Assembly: GCA_038063415.1 (NCBI GenBank)
Contig: JBBTVD010000003.1
Location: 8,489-72,488 of the forward strand
Direction: 5' to 3'
DNA: 64,000 nt
Source of the DNA: Patescibacteria group bacterium
GTDB lineage: Bacteria > Patescibacteriota > Microgenomatia > Levybacterales > UBA12049
A program made the position numbers and the translations under genes. The stretch's first letter is position 1, and each line of letters starts with the position of its first letter. Positions 8,910-18,383 of this stretch are shown one piece after another. The notes under the pieces are model-generated. The model did not search any database and had not been told where the DNA came from. It saw only the letters and a list, made by a program, of their open reading frames with translations.

Positions 8910-9843
8910 GGTACTTTTTAATCTCCCTAACAACCTTCTGTGCGTCATGATAAAGCGGATAGGAATTATCAACCACATCAGCCGAGATAATCATCGTATC
9001 CGATGCAGCTTGATCCATCTGTACGTACGTATAATGATACGGGAGCTCGTTTGCCATATTGTTATTGACGAGTACCGTATCAAAAGGAAATACTCCCAGA
9101 TGCCGTACCACGGAGTGGATAAAATCAGTAACGACATACCCTTTGGTCTCAAAAGGCTTATTGGCAATGTTGATAATAAAGAGCTTCTTTTTAGCTGTCT
9201 TTTTGAGGAAATCTGCAACTCCAGGGACAATGAGCACAGGAAGGACATTGGTATAGAGATCCCCAGGTCCAGCAATGATTGCCTCGGCGGCATCAAGAGC
9301 TTTGAGCGCATCCGCTGAGACATTTGGCTCCTTGGGATTGAGAAAAATCTTATCAATTGACCACGGCTTAGGGTATTTCCCAAGATCAATTGTCTCCTCG
9401 CCTGCAATGACACGGCCATCAACAAGTTTTGCCGAAAGTGTTACTGCTTCTGTCGTAGCCGGATAGATACGTGATTTTACTTGAAAAAGATCTCGAAGCA
9501 AATCAATACCTCCCTGGAAGCTCCCTGCTACTTGCTCTGCTGCAACCATCAACAGATTGCCTACTTTTTGCCCACCAAGATCCTTGTCCTTTCCATAACG
9601 ATCACCGGGGAAACGATAGGTTAAGAGCTTACTAAAAGCTGGGTTACTGGTTGATGAAGCAACTGATGAGACAACATCCCCCGGAGGCATAACCTCATAC
9701 AATCGACGTAGTCTCCCGGCAGAACCACCATCATCAGCCATGGAGACAATAATCGTAATAGCTGAAGTGTAGTGATGCAGACCCTTGACCAAATTCATGG
9801 TACCAATTCCGCCTCCCAAACAGACGATTTTTTTGCTACTCAT
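8902..9843 (-). CDS. yvcK: YvcK/GlmR family (CofD-related) UDP-GlcNAc-binding protein
   Basis: IVCLGGGIG, MADDGGSAGRLR, PPGD, IAGPGDLYTNVLP; ATG at 9843. Confidence 0.85.
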   Translation of the reverse strand: MSSKKIVCLGGGIGTMNLVKGLHHYTSAITIIVSMADDGGSAGRLRRLYEVMPPGDVVSSVASSTSNPAFSKLLTYRFPGDRYGKDKDLGGQKVGNLLMVAAEQVAGSFQGGIDLLRDLFQVKSRIYPATTEAVTLSAKLVDGRVIAGEETIDLGKYPKPWSIDKIFLNPKEPNVSADALKALDAAEAIIAGPGDLYTNVLPVLIVPGVADFLKKTAKKKLFIINIANKPFETKGYVVTDFIHSVVRHLGVFPFDTVLVNNNMANELPYHYTYVQMDQAASDTMIISADVVDNSYPLYHDAQKVVREIKKYLK

Positions 9844-9888
9844 GTCCTGGATGATACTATACTTCTCGGGTTTCACGCAAGCACTATC

Positions 9889-10317
9889 TTATCTCTGTTG
9901 ACGAATCATCCCCCCGATAGAAATTGTTTGTGCAGTGACGCTTCCATCTGACCCTTCCGTACCAAAGGCGGCAATCTGTTCACCTTCTTGCAAGTCAGAT
10001 TTTGCTCCTTCTGATGCTTTGTTTATCCTGGTTTCATCAGAAAAAATAATAATCTTACTGCTGCCATCCGGTGTTTGGATTGTAATACTTGTGTCATCAA
10101 CACCCGTAATCTCACCATTTACTGGCTTCATGCCTTGCATTTGCCCAGCACCTTGGCCCGCGGAACCACCTTGCCGGATCATCATTTTCCCTTCTTCAGG
10201 TGCTCCCATGACAAGTTTGGGTTGCTGATTTTTTTGATACTGAACACCTCCATAAAAAGCTCCAGCACCCACCAGAATTGCAATGGCAATTGTAATAAAT
10301 ATACTCTGTTGTTTCAT
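9889..10317 (-). CDS. Membrane-anchored protein with DUF5666-like beta domain
   Basis: N-terminal TM (GAGAFYGG), Gly/Met linker, GEITGVDDTSITI...SDLQEGEQI...DGSVTAQTISI; SD GGGGGTGA. Confidence 0.65.
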   Translation of the reverse strand: MKQQSIFITIAIAILVGAGAFYGGVQYQKNQQPKLVMGAPEEGKMMIRQGGSAGQGAGQMQGMKPVNGEITGVDDTSITIQTPDGSSKIIIFSDETRINKASEGAKSDLQEGEQIAAFGTEGSDGSVTAQTISIGGMIRQQR

Positions 10318-10334
10318 AATTATTCACCCCCTTT

Positions 10335-10388
10335 CTATTCATATCTCAGCGCTTCAATCGGTTGCAAATTTGCCGCACGGCGTGCAGG
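10335..10388 (-). pseudogene. Orphan 3' end of a second MacB-like permease
   Basis: Encodes PARRAANLQPIEALRYE*, matching PARKASNMQPIEALRYE* of the intact gene with different codons. Confidence 0.8.
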
Positions 10389-10434
10389 CCCGCCTGCCAC
10401 GCAGACTCTAAAACGTAACACTACTCTTATATTC

Positions 10435-11658
10435 CTACTCGTACCTCAGGGCCTCTATCGGCTGCATGTTCGAGGCTTTGCGGGCAGGGTACCAGCCAAA
10501 AAGCACACCTATCCCTCCAGATACTGCAAAAGCAAGCAAAATGGAAGGGAAAGAAACGACAAATAACGAATCAGTAAATGACGAGTACAGATATGAAAGC
10601 GATACGCCAAGAGCAATACCAATCATTCCTCCTGTAAAGGTCAAAATAACTGATTCAAACAAAAATTGCATAATAATTTCTTTTTTCTTTGCACCAAGTG
10701 CTTTGCGAAGACCAATCTCCCGGGTTCTTTCGGTAACCGTGACAAGCATGATATTCATAATCCCAATCCCTCCGACAAGTAAAGAAATAGCCGCAACTCC
10801 TGACAAAAGCGTCGTAAACGTTGCTGTGGTTGAGGAGGCCGTATTGAGGATATCTTGCTGTGAAATAATAGAGAAATCTTTTTCGGTTGGATCTGCGAGC
10901 TTATGTCGTGATAATAATAGATAACCAACTTGGTTTTGGGCAGCTGTCATTACTTCTGCCGACGTTGCCTCAAGAGCAATCGAAGACACGTAATTCACCC
11001 CAAAAAGCTGCTTTTGTGCTGTTGAGAGTGGGACGAACACCACATCATCTTGATTCATGAAACCTGTTCCTCCTTTGGCAGCTGTCACACCAATGACGGT
11101 AATTGTTTGTCCGTTAATCCTAATCGTCTGTCCAATTGGATTGGTATTTTCACCAAAAAGAGTGGTTACCGTGGTTGGACCCAATACTGCTACTTTTGCA
11201 ATCCCACTATCATCTCGTTCACTGATAAATGCACCTGAAGCGACAGTTGTTTTATGGACAGTTGCATACTCAGGAGTGGCACCGATAACTTGTGTATTGG
11301 TATTATTTCTCCCCGCAGTTATTTGACCTTGGCTTCGATACTCAGGAGAAACTGTTTGCACTGTCGTAATTTGCCCCGAGGTGACAATAGCTTTAGCATC
11401 TTCACGAGTAAGTGTCGTTCCTCCTCCAGCCGCCCCTTGTACTGTACCAGAACGCTGTCCCGACGGCTGTACTGTTAATAAGTTTGAACCCAACGACTGA
11501 ATTTGGCTTTGGATGGTTTGCTGCGTAGCCTGCCCAAGTGAAATAAGCGCGATAACACTCGCAATACCAATGACAATGCCAAGGGTCGCAAGACCAGTCC
11601 GCAGCTTGTTGACGGTTAATGTCTGTAAACTTTCAAGAAATGTTTCGATAACATCCAT
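10435..11658 (-). CDS. MacB/FtsX-like ABC transporter permease
   Basis: NKLRTGLATLGIVIGIASV; ISLLVGGIGIMNIMLVTVTERTREIGLRKALGA. Confidence 0.92.
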   Translation of the reverse strand: MDVIETFLESLQTLTVNKLRTGLATLGIVIGIASVIALISLGQATQQTIQSQIQSLGSNLLTVQPSGQRSGTVQGAAGGGTTLTREDAKAIVTSGQITTVQTVSPEYRSQGQITAGRNNTNTQVIGATPEYATVHKTTVASGAFISERDDSGIAKVAVLGPTTVTTLFGENTNPIGQTIRINGQTITVIGVTAAKGGTGFMNQDDVVFVPLSTAQKQLFGVNYVSSIALEATSAEVMTAAQNQVGYLLLSRHKLADPTEKDFSIISQQDILNTASSTTATFTTLLSGVAAISLLVGGIGIMNIMLVTVTERTREIGLRKALGAKKKEIIMQFLFESVILTFTGGMIGIALGVSLSYLYSSFTDSLFVVSFPSILLAFAVSGGIGVLFGWYPARKASNMQPIEALRYE

Positions 11659-11669
11659 ACGCTTCTTAC

Positions 11670-12377
11670 TTAATTTTTTATTCTCCTCTGCTTCTCATTT
11701 TTACGATCATCAACCAATTTACCATCTCGTATGGTAATGATTCGCTTAGCATGAGCTGCGATATCCGGCTCATGAGTAATCATCACAATAGTATGCCCTT
11801 GTTCATTAATCTGTTGAAAGATCTCCATTACTTCGTTAGCCTGATTGGAAGCAATATTGCCTGTTGGCTCATCAGCAAGGAGAATACTTGGATTCATCGC
11901 AAGACCCCGAGCTATTGCCACCCGCTGCTGTTGTCCACCAGATAGCTGATTTGAGGTATGATTGAGTCGCTCACCAAGCCCAACCATCGTAAGATATTTC
12001 TGTGCAATCGTAAGCCTCTTTTCTTTTGGGATGCCAGCATACCGCATGGGGAGCATAACATTTTGCAGAGCAGTAGTACGAGGAAGTAAATTAAAGGCTT
12101 GAAAGATGAAACCAATTTTTTTATTGCGAATTTCTGCTAGTTCATCATCTTGTAATGTACTCACATTTTCTCCATCCAGAATATATTCACCACTTGTTGG
12201 TGTATCAAGCGCACCCAGGATATGCATAAGTGTTGATTTGCCGCTTCCTGAAGGTCCCATGATCGCGACAAACTCACCTTTTGCAATAGTAAAAGAAACT
12301 CCTGCAAGTGCAGTCGTCTCAAGAACACCTGTTTTATATACTTTGGACAGATTGTTTGCTTGGATAATGGTTGTCAT
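11670..12377 (-). CDS. MacB/LolD-like ABC transporter ATP-binding protein
   Basis: [35 protein letters not shown]. Confidence 0.95.
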   Translation of the reverse strand: MTTIIQANNLSKVYKTGVLETTALAGVSFTIAKGEFVAIMGPSGSGKSTLMHILGALDTPTSGEYILDGENVSTLQDDELAEIRNKKIGFIFQAFNLLPRTTALQNVMLPMRYAGIPKEKRLTIAQKYLTMVGLGERLNHTSNQLSGGQQQRVAIARGLAMNPSILLADEPTGNIASNQANEVMEIFQQINEQGHTIVMITHEPDIAAHAKRIITIRDGKLVDDRKNEKQRRIKN

Positions 12378-12378
12378 A

Positions 12379-13707
12379 TTATCTTCGTATCATCATACCG
12401 CCACCACCAAGCCCTGTCCCGCCAAATGGAGAAGTGGTACTCGTACTATTCGTATTCCCTGTCGAAGAAGTACTCGTAACAACGGTATCTCCTGAGGTAA
12501 GACCAGACGTTATTGCTGTTTGGGTATCATTTGATTTGCCAACCTCTACCGTAACAGTAGATAGTTTACCCTCTTTTACCACTCTCACGGTAGAAGTACC
12601 ATTGCTTGTTTGTAGAGCACTTGAAGGGATCAAGAGAACATTTGACTGTATATCGGTAATAATGTTGGCACTCACAGCCATATTGGGATAAATAGTCTCA
12701 ATCGTTGTCTCATCAAAAATGATCGTCGTTGGATAGGTTGTCACGCCTGAAGAGACACTTCCATTTGTATTGATCGCAGCAACTTTGCCAGTAAAAGTTT
12801 TGTCTGGAAAGGCATCAAGGGTAAGGGTCACTTTTTGCCCCGGTTTTACTTGCGTGACATCAATCTCTGAAAGATTGACACTTGCTTGCAAGATTCCTCC
12901 TTCCATTGCAATCATGCCATATGACTGAGTGGAGGAAGTATTTGTCGTAGAACTGCTGCTCTCCGTCGAGTTAGAACTAGAAGAATCACTCGAGGCAATT
13001 GCAAGTCCTGGCGTCAAGGCAAGATTACTAACTGTTCCAGCAGATGGAGCCGTAATGGTCGAGGAGGTTTGCTCATAGGTCAACCAACTAGAGGTCACTT
13101 GTGCGTTTGCAGCAGCTATCGCCGCATCTGCTTCTTTGTAGGTCTTTTCAGCAGCAGCAAAAGATTTCTGTGACTGAATAAGCGATGATTCTATATTTTG
13201 TTTTTCGAGATCGGTATAGGTATTTTGGGTTTCTGGGTTAGTTGTATTGTCATTTTTATAATTAATGTCATTCTGGGCGCTAACAACCGATTGCTGTGCC
13301 GTCCACATGGACGCATCTGCTGAAATTTTTTGTTGTTCGGCTTGTTTGAGCGAGTTAACCGCAGAAAGGTAGCTGGCATAGGCAGTCGCCTGATTTTGCT
13401 CTGTTTCTTTATCTGGGGTAATTACGGCAATCGTTTGCCCTTCCGTAACAGCATCTCCATTGGCTACGTACACCTCTTTTACAACACCGGTTGCTGAGGT
13501 CGTAATACTCCCACTATTTCCTGAAGAGATAGTACCCGATGCGGTTACACGTGAAACTAAGCTACCTTTTTCAACTGTTGCCGTTTGGTATTGTGGTTCC
13601 TCAGCTTTTTGCCCCAAGAAACTAAAACTCAAGAATCCGATTAGAGCAGCAAGAAGAATGACGATCAGTCCTTTTTTGATAAAAGATGCTTTTATTTTAT
13701 TTCTCAT
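12379..13707 (-). CDS. MacA-like membrane fusion (adaptor) protein
   Basis: N-terminal TM, GVVKEVYVANGDAV lipoyl half, coiled coil, ITAPSAGTV, SEIDVTQVKPGQ, GLTSGDTVV. Confidence 0.88.
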   Translation of the reverse strand: MRNKIKASFIKKGLIVILLAALIGFLSFSFLGQKAEEPQYQTATVEKGSLVSRVTASGTISSGNSGSITTSATGVVKEVYVANGDAVTEGQTIAVITPDKETEQNQATAYASYLSAVNSLKQAEQQKISADASMWTAQQSVVSAQNDINYKNDNTTNPETQNTYTDLEKQNIESSLIQSQKSFAAAEKTYKEADAAIAAANAQVTSSWLTYEQTSSTITAPSAGTVSNLALTPGLAIASSDSSSSNSTESSSSTTNTSSTQSYGMIAMEGGILQASVNLSEIDVTQVKPGQKVTLTLDAFPDKTFTGKVAAINTNGSVSSGVTTYPTTIIFDETTIETIYPNMAVSANIITDIQSNVLLIPSSALQTSNGTSTVRVVKEGKLSTVTVEVGKSNDTQTAITSGLTSGDTVVTSTSSTGNTNSTSTTSPFGGTGLGGGGMMIRR

Positions 13708-13713
13708 GTTGAA

Positions 13714-13747
13714 AGTATACTTATAGTCCTCTGAGAAAATGCTGAGA
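13714..13747 (-). promoter_or_regulatory. OmpR-family direct-repeat box plus -10 of exporter operon
   Basis: Minus strand TCTCAG-cattt-TCTCAG, 11 nt, TATACT, 6 nt, ATG 13707. Confidence 0.6.
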
Positions 13748-13832
13748 TAGAAAACTTATTGACAGTAGCGGGGAGGGAAATTTGTGGTTGGAATTCCAGA
13801 GACGACTGTCCTCTAAATTGCTTCTACTAGCC

Positions 13833-13861
13833 TTGACATATCTCATAGTAAGGGGTATAAT
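13833..13861 (+). promoter_or_regulatory. Consensus sigma70 promoter of sugar-nucleotide operon
   Basis: TTGACA-N17-TATAAT, 8 nt before ATG 13870. Confidence 0.85.
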
Positions 13862-13869
13862 TATAACCT

Positions 13870-14649
13870 ATGAAAGCAGTTATCCTCGCAGGCGGCTATG
13901 GCACCCGTATCAGTGAAGAAAGCCAAATCCGACCAAAACCAATGGTCGAGCTTGGTGGCAAGCCAATCCTCTGGCACATCATGAAGTTGTACTCTCATTA
14001 TGGAATTAATGATTTTGTAATTGCTTGTGGCTACAAATCACAAATTATCAAAGATTACTTTGCAAACTATACTCTCTATAACTCTGATGTTTCCTTTGAT
14101 ATGCAGAATAAATCTATGCAGATTCACAAAAATGATGCTGAGGATTGGAAAGTAACCCTAGTTGAAACTGGTGAAGGTTCTCTTACTGGTGGAAGAATCC
14201 TACGGATAAAAGACTATGTGGGTGATGAGGCTTTTTGTATGACGTATGGAGATGGACTGAGTGACGCCAATATAGCCAATGTCATTGATTTCCATAAAAA
14301 AGAAGGTAAACTTGCAACCGTACTTGCCGTACAGCCTCCGGGAAGATTTGGTATCTTTACGATGACTAAAGGAAGTAACGTCGTTGAACATTTCCGAGAA
14401 AAGCCTCAAGAAAACGAAAACTGGATCAATGGAGGATTTATGATACTTGAGCCAAAAGTGTTTGATTATATTGAAGGCGATAAAACAACCTTTGAGAAGG
14501 AACCTATGGAGCAGCTGGCAAAAGAAGGACAACTTGCCGCATTTCGTCACACAGGATTTTGGCAACCAATGGACACGCTTCGTGACAAAATGGTACTCGA
14601 AGAAATTTGGCAATCAGGGAAAGCCCCCTGGTATGTCTGGAAAAAATAA
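13870..14649 (+). CDS. rfbF: Glucose-1-phosphate cytidylyltransferase
   Basis: [53 protein letters not shown]. Confidence 0.93.
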   Translation: MKAVILAGGYGTRISEESQIRPKPMVELGGKPILWHIMKLYSHYGINDFVIACGYKSQIIKDYFANYTLYNSDVSFDMQNKSMQIHKNDAEDWKVTLVETGEGSLTGGRILRIKDYVGDEAFCMTYGDGLSDANIANVIDFHKKEGKLATVLAVQPPGRFGIFTMTKGSNVVEHFREKPQENENWINGGFMILEPKVFDYIEGDKTTFEKEPMEQLAKEGQLAAFRHTGFWQPMDTLRDKMVLEEIWQSGKAPWYVWKK

Positions 14650-14650
14650 T

Positions 14651-15688
14651 ATGAAAGTGTTAGTAACAGGTATTGATGGCTATATAGGTACAATTCTTGG
14701 CCAGACCCTTGTCACAGAGGGCTTTGACGTTGTTGGACTTGATACGGGCTTCTATCGCAATGGCTGGCTGTATAATGGCGTTAAGAAAGTTCCAAGCATT
14801 ATTACCAAAGACGTCAGAGACGTTACTATCGAAGATCTCAAAGGTTTTGACGCAGTAGTCCACCTCGCAGAACTTTCCAATGACCCTCTTGGACAAAACA
14901 ATCCTGAAGTAACCTACGATATTAACCATGATGGTACCGTACATCTTGCAAAGACAGCCAAAGAAGCTGGAGTGAAACGCTTTGTGTACTATTCATCATG
15001 TAGTGTCTATGGGGCATCTGATGGTATTAGTGATGAAACCTCCCCGACTAATCCACTGACTGCCTATGCCAAATGCAAAGTACTCAATGAAGAAGCTTTG
15101 ACAAAAATGGCTGATGAGAGCTTTACCCCAGTACTTTTCCGTAATGCAACAGTCTATGGAGCTTCCCCTCGTATGCGCTTTGATATTGCGGTCAATAACC
15201 TTTCAGGCGTTGCCTGGACCACCAAAGTTATTGCTCTTGAAAGCGACGGAAGTGCATGGAGACCATTTGTCCATGTACAAGATGTTTCTCATGCTACGGT
15301 CTGTGCACTAAGAGCTCCAAAAGAAGCTGTCCATAATCAAATCTTTAATGTCGGGACACAATCATCAAACTATACGATTAAAGAAATCGCTGATGAAATT
15401 AAAAAAGTCTTTACCGATTGCACGATTCATTTTAATAATTCGGTAACTGATACGAGAAATTATCGTGTATCTTTTGACAAGATTGCACAGAAGCTTCCTG
15501 GATTTAGGCCACAATATGCACTCAAAAAAGGGATAACTGAACTACAGACACTCTTTGGGCATATCGCACTTACCACAGCAATGTTTCAATCTTCTGGATA
15601 CACACGGCTCAAGCGAATCCAATACCTCAAGGACAGTAAACAAATTGACGAAAGGTTCTTTTGGACAAAGGAGAAAAATAATGTTTAA
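14651..15688 (+). CDS. NAD-dependent epimerase/dehydratase (extended SDR)
   Basis: MKVLVTGIDGYIG, HLAELSNDP, SSCSVYG, YAKCK, RNATVYGASPRMRFD; start at ATG 14651. Confidence 0.9.
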   Translation: MKVLVTGIDGYIGTILGQTLVTEGFDVVGLDTGFYRNGWLYNGVKKVPSIITKDVRDVTIEDLKGFDAVVHLAELSNDPLGQNNPEVTYDINHDGTVHLAKTAKEAGVKRFVYYSSCSVYGASDGISDETSPTNPLTAYAKCKVLNEEALTKMADESFTPVLFRNATVYGASPRMRFDIAVNNLSGVAWTTKVIALESDGSAWRPFVHVQDVSHATVCALRAPKEAVHNQIFNVGTQSSNYTIKEIADEIKKVFTDCTIHFNNSVTDTRNYRVSFDKIAQKLPGFRPQYALKKGITELQTLFGHIALTTAMFQSSGYTRLKRIQYLKDSKQIDERFFWTKEKNNV

Positions 15689-16211
15689 ACAAACCAACAT
15701 CGATGGTACTTATATCATTGAATCTCCGAAAGCATCCGACGACCGGGGCTTTTTTTTGAAGGCGTTTGACATGGACAAATTTAAAGAGCAAGGGCTTGAA
15801 TCTACGATTGTCCAACTCAATCTCTCGCATAACAATAGTAAGGGAACGATCCGTGGACTGCATTATCAAACAGAGCCAGCAGGTGAAGCAAAAATCATGC
15901 GTTGCATCAGAGGAAGTATCTTTTTTGCCGTGGTAGACATGCGTAAAGATTCTCCCACCTATCTTCAATGGGAAGGTTTTACCCTTTCTGAAGAGAATCA
16001 CTTGATGGTATACGTCCCCAAAGAATGTGCAACGGGCTATCAGGCGCTTGAAGATAATAGTCAAGCTCTCTATTCGAGTAGCAATACCTATGTACCAAAC
16101 AATGAAAATGGTGTACGATACAATGATCCCCGTATTGGCATTGATTGGCCTATGAAAGATACTGTTGTTGTTTCAGAAAAAGACCTACAGTGGGAGGATA
16201 TACAAGTATGA
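15681..16211 (+). CDS. NDP-4-keto-sugar 3,5-epimerase (RmlC/RfbC family)
   Basis: DDRGFF, GTIRGLHYQ, EAKIMRCIRG, VDMRKDSPTY, YNDPRIGIDWP, SEKD; ATG 15681 with SD aaggag. Confidence 0.88.
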   Translation: MFKQTNIDGTYIIESPKASDDRGFFLKAFDMDKFKEQGLESTIVQLNLSHNNSKGTIRGLHYQTEPAGEAKIMRCIRGSIFFAVVDMRKDSPTYLQWEGFTLSEENHLMVYVPKECATGYQALEDNSQALYSSSNTYVPNNENGVRYNDPRIGIDWPMKDTVVVSEKDLQWEDIQV

Positions 16212-17491
16212 TGATTGTTGATACAGCATTACAACAGAGAGCTAAGGAGAATAAACCTATTCGAGTAGGTCTTGTAGGGGCTGGTTTTGCTGCTCGAGGA
16301 TTTGCCGCACAACTTATCGAAGGCACCCCAGGCTTGCGCCTGGTAGCCATTTGCAATAGGACCCTCTCCTACGCAGAGCAAGCCTATACAGATATGGGCA
16401 TTAGTTCCTTCGAAGTAGTAAAAGACAAAGAAGCTTTTCAGAAGGCCGTCCAAGACAAAAAAGATGTTATTACTACTGATCCAACACTTCTTTGTGAAAG
16501 CGACGAGGTCGATGTAATCGTCGAAGCAACAGGAAGTATCGACTATGGCGCAAAGGTCGTTATGGATGCAATCAAACATAAAAAACATGTTGTGCTGATA
16601 AATGCGGAACTTGATACAACGCTTGGACCAATACTTAAGCACTATGCTGACGAGGCAGGTGTCGTCTATACACAAGCTGATGGAGATCAACCAGCAGTCC
16701 TTATGAACTTGCTACGATATGTCCAGTTTCTGGGATTTAAACCAAAAGTGCTTGGTAATATCAAAAGTCTGCTTGACCACAAACGAACACCTGAAACGCA
16801 AAAAGGATGGGCAGATGCTCATTTCCAACGCCCGGTTATGGTGACATCGTTTGCCGATGGAACCAAAATTTCGTATGAAATGGCAACCCTTGCCAATGCT
16901 ACCGGCTTTGGTGTCGGAACTCGAGGAATGTATGGACCCAAAACTGATCGTGTAGAGCATGCACCAAAGGTCTTTACTGACGAGATGATTGGCAATGGTA
17001 TTGTTGATTATGTTATTGGGGCAGAACCATCATTTGGGGTGTTCGTTCTTGCAACCACAGACAATCCTATCAAAAAAAGGTATATGCAGGTTTACAAAAT
17101 GACCGAGGGGCCACTGTATACTTTTTATGTCCCCTATCACCTTTCTCCACTTGAAGCACCTCTTTCAGTAGCTCGTGCTGCACTTTTTGCAGATAGTGCC
17201 CTTACGCCAAAAGGCTATACCTGTGATGTGGTGGCCGTAACCAAAAAAGCACTCAAAAAAGGCGAGGTACTTGATGGTATTGGCGGATTCTGCTGCTACG
17301 GAGATATCGATAATACCTCAACCATGCAACAAGAAAATCTCATCCCGATGGGTCTTATTGAAGGATGTATGCTCAAAAAGGATCTGCCAGAAGGCTATGC
17401 GATTTCCTATGATGATGTTATAATCCCTGAAGGTCGAATGAGTGATGCGCTTAAAAAAGAGCAAAATGAACTGATGAAAGGTACAAAATGA
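16208..17491 (+). CDS. NAD(P)-dependent oxidoreductase with C-terminal SAF domain (homoserine dehydrogenase-like)
   Basis: VGLVGAGF, VEATG, NAELD, DGDQP, SFADGTKIS, LKKGEVLDGIGG SAF motif. Confidence 0.85.
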   Translation: MMIVDTALQQRAKENKPIRVGLVGAGFAARGFAAQLIEGTPGLRLVAICNRTLSYAEQAYTDMGISSFEVVKDKEAFQKAVQDKKDVITTDPTLLCESDEVDVIVEATGSIDYGAKVVMDAIKHKKHVVLINAELDTTLGPILKHYADEAGVVYTQADGDQPAVLMNLLRYVQFLGFKPKVLGNIKSLLDHKRTPETQKGWADAHFQRPVMVTSFADGTKISYEMATLANATGFGVGTRGMYGPKTDRVEHAPKVFTDEMIGNGIVDYVIGAEPSFGVFVLATTDNPIKKRYMQVYKMTEGPLYTFYVPYHLSPLEAPLSVARAALFADSALTPKGYTCDVVAVTKKALKKGEVLDGIGGFCCYGDIDNTSTMQQENLIPMGLIEGCMLKKDLPEGYAISYDDVIIPEGRMSDALKKEQNELMKGTK

Positions 17492-18381
17492 CACAAAAAA
17501 AAATAGACATAACTATTGCTATTCCTACTTGCTACGGCGGACAATCATTGGTTGATACCGTCGAAACCATTGTGCAAGCAGCCCAGGGTCTTTCTGTCGA
17601 GATTCTTATCCAGGCAGATAGAACGCCACTAACACCTGAAGTCAAAGCAAAGCTTAAAAAGCTCGGGGCACAAGTTGCCTGGAATGATGTTGAAGGAAGT
17701 CAATTTAAAAAGCTTAAACAGTTACTTGATAAAGCACAGGGAGAAATCTTTGTCTTTACGCAAGATGATATTACTTTTGCGCCTGCTGCAATTAAAGAAA
17801 TACAGGCTGCCTTTGCTCGAGATAAAAAGTTGACAATGACTGGCTCGCGAGTCTTACCACTTCCTCCAGTAACTACCTTTGAAAAGAGTATGGCGGTCAT
17901 GGTAAGAATTGTTGATCATACTGCTGGCTATTGGAGAAATGGCAATAATTATCTTGCAGCTAGTGGACGATGTTTGGCTTTTCGAACGGAAACATTTAGG
18001 AAATTCCGTATCCCAGAGATGGTAGTTAATGGAGATATGTTTCTCTATCTTGAGAATAAAAGTGTAGGGGGTAAGTTTAAACAACTTAAAAAATCTCATG
18101 TGTTTATCCGTTGCCCTCAGAAGTTAAGAGACCAGGTAGGACCAAGTAGTAGGTTTCAATTCTCAAAACAAGAACTAGTGAACTATTTTGACTTCCCTAT
18201 TGATAAAGAATACAAAGTTTCTCGAAGAGCAACGGCAAGGGCTATCTTTAAGGAACTTGTTGAATATCCAAGCGCTACTTTTGGTTATTTCTTTATCTAT
18301 GTCTATACCAGACTCAGAAGGCAATCCTATAAAAAAGTCTCCAACCCCGTATGGGATGTAGATGCTTCAACTAAATCCTAA
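17488..18381 (+). CDS. Glycosyltransferase family 2
   Basis: ITIAIPT, AQGEIFVFTQDD, SGRCLAFR; ATGA-coupled in sugar operon. Confidence 0.75.
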   Translation: MTQKKIDITIAIPTCYGGQSLVDTVETIVQAAQGLSVEILIQADRTPLTPEVKAKLKKLGAQVAWNDVEGSQFKKLKQLLDKAQGEIFVFTQDDITFAPAAIKEIQAAFARDKKLTMTGSRVLPLPPVTTFEKSMAVMVRIVDHTAGYWRNGNNYLAASGRCLAFRTETFRKFRIPEMVVNGDMFLYLENKSVGGKFKQLKKSHVFIRCPQKLRDQVGPSSRFQFSKQELVNYFDFPIDKEYKVSRRATARAIFKELVEYPSATFGYFFIYVYTRLRRQSYKKVSNPVWDVDASTKS

Positions 18382-18383
18382 CA

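Noticed and set aside
8707-9466. Overlapping alternative-frame ORFs here and similar antisense ORFs across lon, the RND gene, otsA and others
   Set aside because: Shadows of well-supported genes, with no motifs or initiation signals.
13761-13810. Possible structured RNA closed by gacagt/actgtc between divergent operons
   Set aside because: Only a 6-bp closing stem with poor internal pairing and no known motif.
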